Positions 29,346 to 39,891 are shown, numbered from the stretch's first letter. The stretch: 64,000 nucleotides of DNA from an uncultured delta proteobacterium (GCA_963712115.1 CAVQGX010000032.1:96001-160000), one strand, 5' to 3'. Notes: generated by a model not told the origin, from the sequence alone. Translations and numbers: made by a program.

Positions 29346-30346
29346 TCCTTGCTACCAAGGGTTGCTAAACGCTGCCGGATTCGTGCCGCCTTACTCTCCT
29401 GCGCCCTATCAAAGGGAATAAGCCCTGCAGGACGCCAGCGCATCATCAAAACTAGGATCAAACCATAGATTAGATAACGGGCACTAAACATTCCTTGGGG
29501 CAAAATGGCCCGGAGAACCTCGGCCAGGGGAATGAGGATAAGGGCTCCGAGCATGGTACCGGTGATACTCCCCATGCCGCCGAAGACTATTAGGCAGAGG
29601 ATGAGGATGGATTCCCAGAACTTGAACATATCAGGGTGGATAAACTTGAACCACCTGGCGAAGAAAGCACCTCCCATCGCACCAATGGAGGCGCTTATGG
29701 CGAAGGCAATAATTTTGTAACGGATGAGGTTAATCCCGCAACACTGGGCGGCTATCTCATCCTCCTTTATGGCAAACCAGGCCCGCCCGAGGCGCGAGTC
29801 TTCTAGCCTGCTAACCACCAACATCACTAGCATCAGGAGTAGGAGCACCAGATAGTAAAACTCCCATTCCAGCTTCAGAGGGTGGCCAAAAATAACAGGA
29901 GGTGAAATGCCTGGAAGCCCCATGGGTCCGCGGGTAAGCCAAAGTTCATTGCGGATCACTAAAACCACAAGCTCAGAGAAGCCAAAGGTTACAATGGCAA
30001 AATAATCTCCCGTGAGGCGTAGTGTAGGTGCCCCGAGTAAGATCCCCCACATAGCGCCGTTTAGGGCGGCCAGCGGCAGAATCACCCAAAAGCTTAGATC
30101 GTAATGGATGGTGAGCAACCCTGCTGTATAGGCGCCTATCCCATAAAATCCCACGTAGCCGAGGTCTAAAAGTCCGGTAAATCCCGGCACAATATTAAGT
30201 CCCAATGCCAGGATCATATAGAGTATGGCAGTGGTAATCACCCTGAGAAAATAATTTGTCGAAGTGCCCAAAGGCAACCAGGGCAAAACAATGGCAAATA
30301 CAAGAATAGCCGCGAATTTCCACCGGGGAGACATCTTGGGCATCAT
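29342..30346 (-). CDS. livM: Branched-chain amino acid ABC permease LivM
   Basis: GLLDLGYVGFYGIGAY, RLTGDYFAIVT and SRLGRAW motifs. Confidence 0.93.
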   Translation of the reverse strand: MMPKMSPRWKFAAILVFAIVLPWLPLGTSTNYFLRVITTAILYMILALGLNIVPGFTGLLDLGYVGFYGIGAYTAGLLTIHYDLSFWVILPLAALNGAMWGILLGAPTLRLTGDYFAIVTFGFSELVVLVIRNELWLTRGPMGLPGISPPVIFGHPLKLEWEFYYLVLLLLMLVMLVVSRLEDSRLGRAWFAIKEDEIAAQCCGINLIRYKIIAFAISASIGAMGGAFFARWFKFIHPDMFKFWESILILCLIVFGGMGSITGTMLGALILIPLAEVLRAILPQGMFSARYLIYGLILVLMMRWRPAGLIPFDRAQESKAARIRQRLATLGSKE

Positions 30347-31257
30347 ACTTTCTCCCCCAATATTTGCCCTATGAGACCCGAGGGTTTGAAAATTATAACT
30401 AAGATCATAACAGCATAAGAAATGCCGTCCCGATAGGAGGAGGAAAGATAGCCTGCTCCTAGAACCTCTGCTATCCCCAAGACACCTCCACCTAGCATGG
30501 CTCCCGGCACACTGCCAATGCCTCCGAGCACCGCTGCAGCGAAAGCCTTTACTCCCGCAATGTACCCCATAGTGGGGAAGATGGCGTTATAGTAAAGGCC
30601 AACAAGTATTCCGGCCATACCTCCCATGGCCGAGCCGATGGCGAAAGTAAAAGAGATGACTCTGTTGACTCCTATGCCCATGAGGGCGGAGGTAACCTTG
30701 TCCTGCGAAATGGCACGCATGGCCATGCCCACTTTGGTCTTGTGAATAATGAGGTGCAAAATGAGCATAAAGATTACGGTGACTGAAAGGATGAAGACCT
30801 GGAGCCAAGTCAAGGAAACATCCCCCACAGTGAGTGCCGCTTTGTAGAATACGGTGGGCAGGACGTCTCGCGGGAAGGACTTAATCTGGGACCCCCAAAT
30901 GAGCAAGGCAAGATTCTGGAGGAAAATGGACATGCCAATAGCAGTAATCAAGGCCGCTAATCTCGGTGCTGTTCGCAGTGGGCGATAAGCGACATAGTCT
31001 AAAATAACTCCAAAAACAGCGCAGATCAAAAGCGTCGTCAGGAACGCCACAAAAAACGGCAGCCGCAATACGCTCACCTGAGTGTAAGCCAGAAAGGCCC
31101 CCAACATGTAAATCTCGCCGTGGGCAAAATTTATCAGCTGGATCACTCCATAGACCATGGTGTAGCCCACAGCAATAAGAGCATAAACCCCACCCAAAGT
31201 GATGCCGTTGACCATTTGCTGGAGAAAAAGGCTTGATATGTCCAGAAGGTTTTCCAC
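30343..31257 (-). CDS. livH: Branched-chain amino acid ABC permease LivH
   Basis: YALIAVGYTMVYG, INFAHGE and KAFAAAVLGGIG motifs. Confidence 0.94.
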   Translation of the reverse strand: MENLLDISSLFLQQMVNGITLGGVYALIAVGYTMVYGVIQLINFAHGEIYMLGAFLAYTQVSVLRLPFFVAFLTTLLICAVFGVILDYVAYRPLRTAPRLAALITAIGMSIFLQNLALLIWGSQIKSFPRDVLPTVFYKAALTVGDVSLTWLQVFILSVTVIFMLILHLIIHKTKVGMAMRAISQDKVTSALMGIGVNRVISFTFAIGSAMGGMAGILVGLYYNAIFPTMGYIAGVKAFAAAVLGGIGSVPGAMLGGGVLGIAEVLGAGYLSSSYRDGISYAVMILVIIFKPSGLIGQILGEKV

Positions 31258-31275
31258 TGAAAGACCTCGACTTAA

Positions 31276-31474
31276 CCCGGATATTTCATGAATTGCTGTC
31301 GCGAGACCGCGCAGATGGGCGTGCCACCTGGCAACCGTCCCGCGCTACCGCGGGATTGGCTCCGAGGCGTACCTGAACGGTACGTCGCAGGGACCGACAC
31401 CCGAGGACGCCAGGAAGGACGGCAATATCCGCGGTCGCAGTCACGCCAGGGCGTGAATTCATGAAATATCCTGG
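31276..31474 (+). mobile_element. MITE family A copy
   Basis: TIR CCCGGATATTTCATGAATT/AATTCATGAAATATCCTGG with TTAA on both sides. Confidence 0.85.
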
Positions 31475-31476
31475 TT

Positions 31477-31509
31477 AAAAAAGGGCAGGCCAAATATTGA
31501 CCTGCCCTT
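31477..31509 (-). terminator. Terminator or stabilising hairpin after the binding-protein gene
   Basis: AAGGGCAGG...CCTGCCCTT stem followed by a T-run on the minus strand. Confidence 0.65.
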
Positions 31510-31528
31510 CAGCCAAATCCTCTAGCGC

Positions 31529-32644
31529 CTATTGCAGTTGCTCTTTAGAGCTAACCCACTTGCCATTTTTGATCTCCTTGATAAAGGCGGCTTTGAGGCA
31601 ATCACCGTTTTCGTCAAAGTAGGTCTTGCCTGTAACTCCCACATAAGCCTTATCTAGGGAGTTGATCCCTGCCAGATAGGCCTGGATCTTTTCTCGGTCC
31701 ATGCCTACTGCCTTGATGGCTTCCGCTGCCATGCCCACCGCATCGTAAGTGTTCGCGGCAAACCAGTTGGGATCCTTCCCGTAAACCCGCTTGTAAGATT
31801 CGATGAACTGAGCGGCCTGCGGCCCTGCCTTGTCCGGCAAAAATGGTGTGGTGACAAAGAGTCCCTCGGCGTCGGGATTCTTGACCATAAGGTCGTCGTC
31901 AAGACCGTCAGCCCCAAACATACCAACCTTCAAACCTAGACTGATCGCCTGGCTAGCAATAAGGGTTCCCTGGGGCGCGTAGCCCGGAATGAATATGGCA
32001 TCCGGCTTCATCATCTTAAACTTGGTGAGCTGGGGCTTGAAGTCAGTGGTGTCTGAAGTGTAGGCCTCAGTTCCAATTATTTTAATACCCCGCTTTATTG
32101 CCTCTTTCATAAAAGCGCTCATCAAGCCCATGGAGTAATCGTTTACCTCATAGAATATGGCTATGCGGTTGAAACCTTTCGCTTCAGCCACATAGCGGGC
32201 AAGAAACGCCCCCTGGAAGTCGTCCCTGTAGACGTTACGGAAGTAGTATGGGCTCATCTTGCCTATATCCACATTGGTGGACGCCGGAGAGATGGCCGAC
32301 AGTTTGGCCTCCCGGTAAACTGGTAGGGCAGCTAGTGTGGCCGAACTGCAGAGATGCCCAACAACTATAACCACCTCTGGGTCGTTGGCTAACTTAGTGG
32401 CCACAGTGGCTGCTTCCTTGGGGTCACACAACTCGTCTTCCAAGACAACCTTCACCGTCTTGCCGTTGATTCCCCCGGCAGCGTTTATCTCGGAAGCCTT
32501 GAGGGCAGCACCGTTTTTCACCCCTTCACCGAATGAGGCCAGCTGGCCAGTGAAAGGTGAAGCCACTGGGATCTTGATGGTGTCCGCCCACGCCACTCCG
32601 GTGACAAGCCCCAAAACTAGAACTGCGCACAACAATTTCCTCAT
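31529..32644 (-). CDS. Branched-chain amino acid ABC substrate-binding protein (LivK/LivJ-like)
   Basis: Signal peptide, EINAAGGINGK, VVGHLCSSAT, DFKPQLTK. Confidence 0.9.
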   Translation of the reverse strand: MRKLLCAVLVLGLVTGVAWADTIKIPVASPFTGQLASFGEGVKNGAALKASEINAAGGINGKTVKVVLEDELCDPKEAATVATKLANDPEVVIVVGHLCSSATLAALPVYREAKLSAISPASTNVDIGKMSPYYFRNVYRDDFQGAFLARYVAEAKGFNRIAIFYEVNDYSMGLMSAFMKEAIKRGIKIIGTEAYTSDTTDFKPQLTKFKMMKPDAIFIPGYAPQGTLIASQAISLGLKVGMFGADGLDDDLMVKNPDAEGLFVTTPFLPDKAGPQAAQFIESYKRVYGKDPNWFAANTYDAVGMAAEAIKAVGMDREKIQAYLAGINSLDKAYVGVTGKTYFDENGDCLKAAFIKEIKNGKWVSSKEQLQ

Positions 32645-32830
32645 GATACCCTCCTTCTCCTAAGATGCTCTAATCTTTTCCCCTTTAAGATCCATCGAAA
32701 CGAATCACTCTGTTTATAAACAAATGGATCTCGCTTTTCCAGCGGACTCAACAGATAGTCCATAACAAAAAGAAAAACCAGGTGTCAAATAAAAACCCGA
32801 CTAATCCCATTGAATTGAAATATTTCCGGG

Positions 32831-33955
32831 CTAGGGATTTACTGTGGTTACGTAGTTGAATTTGCCATCTTTCACTCTGGTAACGACCAGGCTCTTCACC
32901 GTTTTGCCATCCTCTTCAATTTTGATGGCACCGGTAACCCCTCTGTAGTTTTTCATTCCAGTTAAAGCGGCTCTTATCTCGGATCCCTCCGTGGACTTGG
33001 CCCTCCCAATCGCCCCAGTGAGAATAAAATAGGCATCCGCACCTAGAGCACCAAAACTATCAGCGTCCCTCTCGTATTTCTTCTTGAACTTGGCAACAAA
33101 CCTTTGACCCAGATTGGTGCTTACCGCTTCCAGGCTAAAGTGAGACGTAAGGTACACACCTTCCACGGCCTTTCCACCATCTTTTATGAGTTCCGGTACA
33201 TGGGCTCCGTCGGCCATAAGAATCGGTACTTTTATTCCCAGTTCCTTGATTTGCTTGGCTAACAGAGCATCTTCAGTGTAATAGTTCGGCGCGTATATAA
33301 TGTCCGGATTGGCAGCATTCACCTCAGAAAGTTGACTTCTAAAATCACGGTCACCTGTCTGGATATAGGCTGTAATAAGCACCTTGCCGCCCATTTCCCC
33401 GAAGGCTTTCAGGAAGAGATTCCCCAAGCCGACGCTATAATCTGCCTGGGCGATGTCGACGATCACTGCCGCTGTCCCGGCACCCATTGCTATCCTGGCC
33501 TGCCTGGCAGCGGCCTGACTTTGGAAGGAATCATCGAAGCAAGCTCGAAACACATATTTTTTGTCCCGGGTAACCAGGAGATTGGTGGCAGAAGGTGAAA
33601 TCATTGGAATCCCGTACTTTTCAGCAATGGAGCCTCCGGCTAAGGCATCTGCACTTGTTGCCCCACCTATGATACCCACTACTTTATGTTCTTTAATTAA
33701 CCTTTCTACAGCATCTGCTGCTTCAGTTTGGTCACTTTTGCTGTCCTCCAGCACCAGTTTGATTTTCCGTCCCAAGACCTTATCTGTCATATTGTGCGCT
33801 GTCTGAATGCCAAGCCACTCCATCTGGCCAAAGGCAGCAACACTACCAGTCATGGGTAAGAAAACGCCGATATTAATTGGCTCTTGCGCAGCGGCCGTAA
33901 GATTCTGAAAAACCACCAGGGCCAAGAGGAGAGCAATCTGGATCGCTCTTTTCAT
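32831..33955 (-). CDS. Branched-chain amino acid ABC substrate-binding protein
   Basis: Signal peptide from MKRAIQ; IGVFLPMTG, ISPSATN, FRACFDDSFQ. Confidence 0.88.
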   Translation of the reverse strand: MKRAIQIALLLALVVFQNLTAAAQEPINIGVFLPMTGSVAAFGQMEWLGIQTAHNMTDKVLGRKIKLVLEDSKSDQTEAADAVERLIKEHKVVGIIGGATSADALAGGSIAEKYGIPMISPSATNLLVTRDKKYVFRACFDDSFQSQAAARQARIAMGAGTAAVIVDIAQADYSVGLGNLFLKAFGEMGGKVLITAYIQTGDRDFRSQLSEVNAANPDIIYAPNYYTEDALLAKQIKELGIKVPILMADGAHVPELIKDGGKAVEGVYLTSHFSLEAVSTNLGQRFVAKFKKKYERDADSFGALGADAYFILTGAIGRAKSTEGSEIRAALTGMKNYRGVTGAIKIEEDGKTVKSLVVTRVKDGKFNYVTTVNP

Positions 33956-34244
33956 TTTCCATTGTCCGTCAATTAGGATGGGAAACAACAGTAGCCAAAA
34001 CCTATCCCTACAAACTTCTTCAGCTGAATATGGCAATATCTACTGAGAAAAACAAAGGCAGAAAAGGGTTGGTTCTCCCCACCCCAAGAGTAGCCCATTG
34101 AGACATGGACGATCCACAGGTAAGGAGTCTCAGATTAGAGTTAACCCGAGCGCTGTCCCCAGTGAAATGAGTAAAACTATCACAAGCTGTGCGATGGTGT
34201 CAATCTGCGCAGCGCCTTGCGCGAAGCGCTCCCCGCTTCGCGCT

Positions 34245-34321
34245 ACGAGACGGGAGGTCGGGCGAGACGGGAAGTCTGGTATATTTAATAAACCTCGTCT
34301 CGCTCGTCTCGCCCGTCTCGC
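34245..34321. repeat. Inverted 9-mer array
   Basis: CGAGACGGG x2 versus CTCGTCTCG/CTCGTCTCG/CCCGTCTCG. Confidence 0.7.
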
Positions 34322-34363
34322 AATTAATCGTGCTAGTTCCTAGCCGTACAGACTTCCCGCTCC

Positions 34364-35623
34364 CTACTTCTCACCTCTCAGTGCAACGGGAAACTCTATG
34401 GTCGGTGGCTTCGCCGGTCTCAGTCGTCCATTGTGGATTTCAGCCACAAAAAAAGGCCTTTGACTCGCACCGTCCTCTTTAAAGAAAACCGGACCACCTA
34501 GCCCACTAAATGATTTGCCTGGACCAGAAATTTTCCTTATTGCGCTAACAAAACTAGTCCTCTCAGGTCCTGAGCGGCTCAACACTTCCAAGGCCAACCG
34601 CATGGAGTCGTAACCGGCAACAGCGATCCAGTCAGGACTTCGCTTACTGAATTGCTCGAACCTCAGGACAAATTCGGACTTCTGCGGATCCTCTCTGTCA
34701 AGGAGAATGGGCTGGCACACAAGCAGCCCCTCGGCTGCCTGGCCGGCCATTTCATAGAAATCGAGGCCTGCGAACTTATCCGGCCCTAAGACCGCACCAC
34801 CCATGCTCTGTCGCCGATGTTCAATCAAGAATAAGCTGGCAGCTTTTGGCAAGGCTGCGAGGAAAATAGCTTCAGGTCTTGCGCTTTTAAGAAGTCTCAC
34901 AACCCGTGAAGTTTCATCCGGTTCAGGATTGGCTGAAATATTTTCAACCAACTCTAAGCCCAGACGTTTAGCTTCACCAACGAAAAAACTGCCGAGCAAG
35001 TTACCGAAGATGGAGCCATCACTGAATATTGCAACTCGGGTGAGGCCAAGCCCTATTTTCGCATAGGCAGCAAGAAACGCCCCTTGCTCACCATCCCCAT
35101 ATAATAGAGGGAACAGATGACGGCTCTCGTCACTCCTTATATAGTCAGCGGAGACAGTGGGATTGATCAGCGCCAGGTGTGCTTTCCTATAAATCGGCAG
35201 CACCGCATGAATAGTCTCTGGGCATAAATAGCCAATCACCGCGCTTATTGAGGCGTCGGCCGCAATTCGCTCGGCAAGGGGAATAGCGCTGCCAGCATCG
35301 CAAGGTGATTGGTACACGATCATTTCTACCTTGTGGTCGGTTACTCGGCCCCCAGCTTCCTCAATTGCCATTAACGTGCCTAATCGTAGCATTTCACCCT
35401 CGTCCTGTAAGGGACCATTGCCCGTTACCACCACTGCAATCCTCGCCGGACCTCTCCACTGTTTCTTTTCCTCTTGCTTACCGCAGTACAAAAGGAGCGC
35501 ACTCATTATGACGAGCAGGGCAAGTCGAGCCAAAACGGCGACACGGCGACGGGAAGAGAGGGAGATGAAATGGATAAAGTATTTGATCAATAAAGAACTT
35601 TCCCTGAAATAAATCTTTTTCAC
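34364..35623 (-). CDS. Divergent Liv-type substrate-binding lipoprotein
   Basis: LLLYC lipobox-like motif; VIGYLC, AGYDS; same fold as its neighbours; true start uncertain. Confidence 0.8.
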   Translation of the reverse strand: MKKIYFRESSLLIKYFIHFISLSSRRRVAVLARLALLVIMSALLLYCGKQEEKKQWRGPARIAVVVTGNGPLQDEGEMLRLGTLMAIEEAGGRVTDHKVEMIVYQSPCDAGSAIPLAERIAADASISAVIGYLCPETIHAVLPIYRKAHLALINPTVSADYIRSDESRHLFPLLYGDGEQGAFLAAYAKIGLGLTRVAIFSDGSIFGNLLGSFFVGEAKRLGLELVENISANPEPDETSRVVRLLKSARPEAIFLAALPKAASLFLIEHRRQSMGGAVLGPDKFAGLDFYEMAGQAAEGLLVCQPILLDREDPQKSEFVLRFEQFSKRSPDWIAVAGYDSMRLALEVLSRSGPERTSFVSAIRKISGPGKSFSGLGGPVFFKEDGASQRPFFVAEIHNGRLRPAKPPTIEFPVALRGEK

Positions 35624-35658
35624 CGCGTCTCCGACTCGCAGAAGCCCAGCCTCATACC

Positions 35659-37041
35659 TTAGCCGCGCCTCCTTCTCCTCTTAGCCTTCCCCTTTTCTCT
35701 GCCTCGAAAAATCAAGCGCACGGGGGTCAGGTCAAGTGAGAAGGCTTTTCGAATCTGGTTTGTTAGATAGCGTTGGTAGGAAAAGTGCATTGCTTCTGGG
35801 TAACTGACGAACAGCACAAAGGTTGGTGGCTGAGAGGACACCTGGGCTCCATATAAAATCTTAGTCCGACGCCTGCCATGCATGGGCGGTTCGTGGCGAG
35901 AAACTGCCGCCGTTAGGACGTCATTGACTGCCGAGGTTTGCACCCTTGTGCAATATTGGGAGAACACCAGGTTCAAAGTGGGCAGCAAGGTTGACACCCC
36001 CTTTCCCGTCAAGGCAGACATCCTCAATTGAGGAGCATAGGGCATGAATTTTAACGCCTCATTTACAGATTGGGTGATTTCGGCCACCCTATTAGGATCT
36101 TGCTGCACTAGATCCCATTTGTTGATTACCACAACCCCACCGCGGCCCCGTTCATGAATATATCCGGCGATACGCACATCCTGGGCGGTGACACCCTCTG
36201 AACCGTCAAGGAGCAAGACCGCAACCTGACATCGGTCAATACTCTTCAAAGCCTTGAGTACGCTAAATTTCTCGATTTTATCCCGAGTCTTGCTGCGCCT
36301 GCGAATCCCAGGCGTGTCGATTAGTACGTATGCTTGATCATTTAAAGTGACACTCACGTCGATAGCGTCCCTGGTCGTGCCAGGTAAATCGCTCACCAGG
36401 ACACGTTCAGAACCCATAATACGATTGAGTAGAGAAGACTTCCCTACGTTCGGCCTGCCAATGATTGCCACTCTGATCCCTTTCGCCGCTTCTTCCTCAG
36501 TGGTCTCTGGAGGAAGCATCTCCACCAGAGTGTCCATCATATCCCTGACGCCATAACCGTGAGCAGCAGAAATGGGGAAAAACTTCTCTACCCCGAGTCC
36601 GTAGAACTCATAACTAGCGTTTTCTTGTTCTGGACCGTCTATTTTGTTGACTCCATAAAGAACCGGCTTGCCGGACCGACGCAAGAGATCCACAACCGTG
36701 GCATCACCAGAATGTAACCCCTCTTTACCGTCAGCCAGAAAAATCACCAAATCTGCCTCCTCAAGCGCCATTTGTGCTTGCTGACGAACTTGCATCTGAA
36801 GGGGGGGCTGGCCTGTCTCTTCTTCTATTCCACCAGTATCCACCAGACAGAACGACCGATCCCCCCAGGTTACTTGAGCAATTAACCGATCGCGGGTGAT
36901 TCCGGGTGTGCCATCTACTATTGCCCGGCGATCCCTGCAGAGCCGATTGAATAAGGTCGATTTTCCCACATTGGGCCGACCCACTATGGCAACGATGGGA
37001 ATAACGCTGGAACCGGTGTTATTTGTTTGTGCCTCTTCCAT
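35659..37041 (-). CDS. der: Ribosome biogenesis GTPase Der
   Basis: Two GRPNVGKS G-domains, PGITRD/PGTTRD, NKID/NKWD and a KH-like tail. Confidence 0.97.
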   Translation of the reverse strand: MEEAQTNNTGSSVIPIVAIVGRPNVGKSTLFNRLCRDRRAIVDGTPGITRDRLIAQVTWGDRSFCLVDTGGIEEETGQPPLQMQVRQQAQMALEEADLVIFLADGKEGLHSGDATVVDLLRRSGKPVLYGVNKIDGPEQENASYEFYGLGVEKFFPISAAHGYGVRDMMDTLVEMLPPETTEEEAAKGIRVAIIGRPNVGKSSLLNRIMGSERVLVSDLPGTTRDAIDVSVTLNDQAYVLIDTPGIRRRSKTRDKIEKFSVLKALKSIDRCQVAVLLLDGSEGVTAQDVRIAGYIHERGRGGVVVINKWDLVQQDPNRVAEITQSVNEALKFMPYAPQLRMSALTGKGVSTLLPTLNLVFSQYCTRVQTSAVNDVLTAAVSRHEPPMHGRRRTKILYGAQVSSQPPTFVLFVSYPEAMHFSYQRYLTNQIRKAFSLDLTPVRLIFRGREKGKAKRRRRRG

Positions 37042-37200
37042 CTCATTTCACATTTCGTATTTCACATCTATCATTTATCATTTTCTTTAAGGGCGAGTTC
37101 TGGTCTCCTCTCTGAATCTGCAATGACATAATGACCAATGAGAGATGAGAAATGATAAATGGCGCTATGCGCCTGGCGCTTGGCGCTCTGCGCTCTGTGC
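37042..37200. repeat. Inverted heptamer array plus a second heptamer run
   Basis: TCATTTC-like x6 versus AATGAGA-like x6; then CTATGCG/CCTGGCG/CTTGGCG/CTCTGCG. Confidence 0.75.
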
Positions 37201-38256
37201 TTCTCTCTCTAACCTAGTCGCCACTTTGGCTACCGCCTCGTCGCTCTGGTTATTCACCAGATCTGCCAAACTTTGGTAATCCGAAGGTGATGGTTCTGTT
37301 AGCAGCCTCTTCAAGCTCCTCCAAGCTGGCATGATGTATTGGGCAAAATGCGGCCTTCCTTTTCTCTTCGTCAGAAAGGAAAAGGCGGCGAGAATCTGTA
37401 GGTTACGGCACAGTGCCACATGGGAAAATCTGTACATAAACTCGTCGACCGACATTCCGGCCAACTCACTTAATTTCCTGCTGTGTAATCTCAGTAACTC
37501 ATTTTGGATGGACTCCGGCAATTGCACGTAGGGATCTAAAAGCAGCGACGCCAGATCATACTGGGGAGGACCTAAGCGAGCTCCCTGAAAATCGATTAGG
37601 TAAATGAGATCACCTTTTACCATTAAATTGCGGGACTGAAAATCTCGATGCATAAAAAAAGGTTGGCCTCCCACCTCCCCTGCCCTGGATGCTAAAAGGG
37701 AAAAGTCACCCTCCAGATAAGCCAAATCTATTTCGAGTTCAAGTGCCCCCTCCAAAAAACTCGAGCGAAAGTATTCCAACTCTCGCCTGATGATGAATGG
37801 TGGGTCGTAAACAGGGGCTTCGAAACAATAGCTAGTGTCCAGACCCAGAGTGGCTTCTGTTTGCATCCTGATAAGCAATTCTACCGCCTGGCGATACAAA
37901 CCAATCAATCTTTCATCAGCTGATTGCACTGCATCTTGCAGATGGACCGGGCCCAAGTCCTCCAAGAGAGTCAATCCCTCGGTCGGCGAATAGCCATAAA
38001 TCTCAGGTACGGGGATCCCTTTCTCGAGCAGGTGTTTGCCCATGTACACGTAAGAGTCATTCTCATTGGGAAACCGTTGATCTTCAAGGGGGCTCCACAC
38101 TAACACCAGGCTTACTTTCCTGTCAGACACGCGATAGAAAGAACGCTCAGAACCATCACCGTGAAGTGGTTCCCAGCGGAAAGGTCCGCTCAATTCGGTG
38201 ATCTCCCGAATCAGCTTCTCAGCGCTGTTTTTAGGAAAACTCGCTCGCCTTGGCAA
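37165..38256 (-). CDS. Aminoglycoside-phosphotransferase-fold sugar kinase (AmgK-like)
   Basis: GDGSERSFYR, LEDLG, HRDFQSRNLM, IDFQGARLGPPQYDLASLL. Confidence 0.85.
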   Translation of the reverse strand: MPRRASFPKNSAEKLIREITELSGPFRWEPLHGDGSERSFYRVSDRKVSLVLVWSPLEDQRFPNENDSYVYMGKHLLEKGIPVPEIYGYSPTEGLTLLEDLGPVHLQDAVQSADERLIGLYRQAVELLIRMQTEATLGLDTSYCFEAPVYDPPFIIRRELEYFRSSFLEGALELEIDLAYLEGDFSLLASRAGEVGGQPFFMHRDFQSRNLMVKGDLIYLIDFQGARLGPPQYDLASLLLDPYVQLPESIQNELLRLHSRKLSELAGMSVDEFMYRFSHVALCRNLQILAAFSFLTKRKGRPHFAQYIMPAWRSLKRLLTEPSPSDYQSLADLVNNQSDEAVAKVATRLEREAQSAERQAPGA

Positions 38257-38294
38257 AATTAAATACTCCTTTTTCCTAATAGTGCATACTGTCC

Positions 38295-38513
38295 CTGGAG
38301 TGTTGGAGCATTCAAAATATCAAATTCCTAACACCAAATCTCAGGGCTTTAGGTGTCAGGTTTCAGGTGTCAGGAGAAAAGACACAAGTGCTGAAACCTG
38401 TCGAAGATCCCGTCTGAAGCGAAGCGGCAGCGGGGAACACTGAACACTGAAACCTCAGTCGTTGTGACTTGGCATTTGGAACTTTTAGTCACTCTGGTAC
38501 TCCAGTACTCCAG
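38295..38513. repeat. Triple-nested inverted short-repeat arrays with a 35-bp insert
   Basis: 8-mer arms enclose 7-mer arms, which enclose a second 7-mer pair; insert at 38401-38435. Confidence 0.8.
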
Positions 38514-38530
38514 CTTTTTACTGCCTGCTG

Positions 38531-39505
38531 CTAGCTGCCCGCTGTAAGCTTTACCCTGCCCGCTTTCCCGACAACCACTCCTTCAAGGGACTCCGTGACC
38601 ACCATTCCATCACCTATTATGCTTCTTCGGATTGAGCAGCCAGTTTCAACCTTAACCTGATCCCAGATAACGCTTTCTTTAATTACTACGTCACTATCCA
38701 CCTCACAGTCCCGTCCAATACAAACCATGCCATTAAGCCTGGTATCGGACCTTAGACGAGCTGATTCGTGAACAACCGGTTTCCCACCCACTTTAAGTCC
38801 TTGAAATGGAGCTTCTCGTAGTTGGAAGAGCTCTTGATGAACCTGAAGGTATCTCTCCAGACTGCCCAACTCTCGCCAGTATTGCTCCTTGACCACATGT
38901 GCCATCACCTTTTTGCCCCTGGAAATTAGCTGCAAATAACAGTCAATGATGGATATTGGACTATCAGCGGGAATAATAGCGAGGACTTCTGGGTTCAGAA
39001 CATGAATGCCGGTAAAGGCCAGGTGTTTCTCAGGTCCACCACTGAAACTGAGGATACGGCCATCTTCGGCCACCTGGACCCGGTTAAAGCGAGGTTCATC
39101 CTTCAGTACCAGGGTGACCATGGCACCGGAACTTTCGTGCTTAAGGCAAACCTCCCTGAGATCAATGGAACTCAGAATATCACCATTTATAACCACAAAA
39201 GGCCGTTCATCCCAGAAATCGGCGACATTGCGGATTCCCCCCCCTGTGCCTAAGAGTACTTTTTCCACCTGTACATGCACAGGAATGGGAAAATTCGCCC
39301 TCTGAACCGAATCAACAAGTTCATCACTGAGATGATGGGCATTTATAATTACTTCCTCAGCACCGGCTCCGCAGAGATATTCTAGCAGCCAGTGCAATAG
39401 AGGCCGGTTCTGTATTGGAATCAACACCTTAGGCCTGCCATGCGTCAAAGGCCGTAGGCGCGTTGCCAGGCCAGCCGCTAGAATCATCGCCTTGAAAGAT
39501 TTCAT
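38531..39505 (-). CDS. Sugar-phosphate nucleotidyltransferase (MurU-like) with a C-terminal beta-helix
   Basis: AMILAAGLATRLRPLT...PK, LGTGGG, INGD; adjacent to the AmgK-like kinase. Confidence 0.85.
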   Translation of the reverse strand: MKSFKAMILAAGLATRLRPLTHGRPKVLIPIQNRPLLHWLLEYLCGAGAEEVIINAHHLSDELVDSVQRANFPIPVHVQVEKVLLGTGGGIRNVADFWDERPFVVINGDILSSIDLREVCLKHESSGAMVTLVLKDEPRFNRVQVAEDGRILSFSGGPEKHLAFTGIHVLNPEVLAIIPADSPISIIDCYLQLISRGKKVMAHVVKEQYWRELGSLERYLQVHQELFQLREAPFQGLKVGGKPVVHESARLRSDTRLNGMVCIGRDCEVDSDVVIKESVIWDQVKVETGCSIRRSIIGDGMVVTESLEGVVVGKAGRVKLTAGS

Positions 39506-39680
39506 CTCTCACTCAGCCTAAGAGGGTTAAATCTTACCACTGGACAAACAGCTTTTTGTATATAATGATTCTCTGCGTCATATAGCAGATGTTGTCCACA
39601 GGAGCAAATCTGTAAAGTACCATGGTAATTTCTAGACGGTTATGTTATCAATCTGCGTCAAATCTTTAGCCTGAGTCTTT

Positions 39681-39848
39681 AAATCCGAATATCGAAATGC
39701 GAAACAATATCGAAATCCCAATTTTCAAATATCAAAACAGTATTTTACTTAAGTAAACTGATCCAAGAAAAAGACTCACGCTCTTTTGAATTTCGGATTT
39801 TGGACATTTGAATTTGTTTAGGATTTCGTGCTTCGGATTTCGAATTTT
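39681..39848. repeat. Inverted heptamer array
   Basis: AAATCCG/AATATCG/AAATGCG arm versus GGATTTC/TGCTTCG/GATTTCG arm. Confidence 0.75.
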
Positions 39849-39891
39849 CGGACTGGTCTTCAGGCTCGCAAGCCCGTTGATTGGATGCCAA

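Noticed and set aside
39808-39891. N-terminal extension of NagZ in the ORF track
   Set aside because: Translation of a heptamer array; homology begins at MDVRER.
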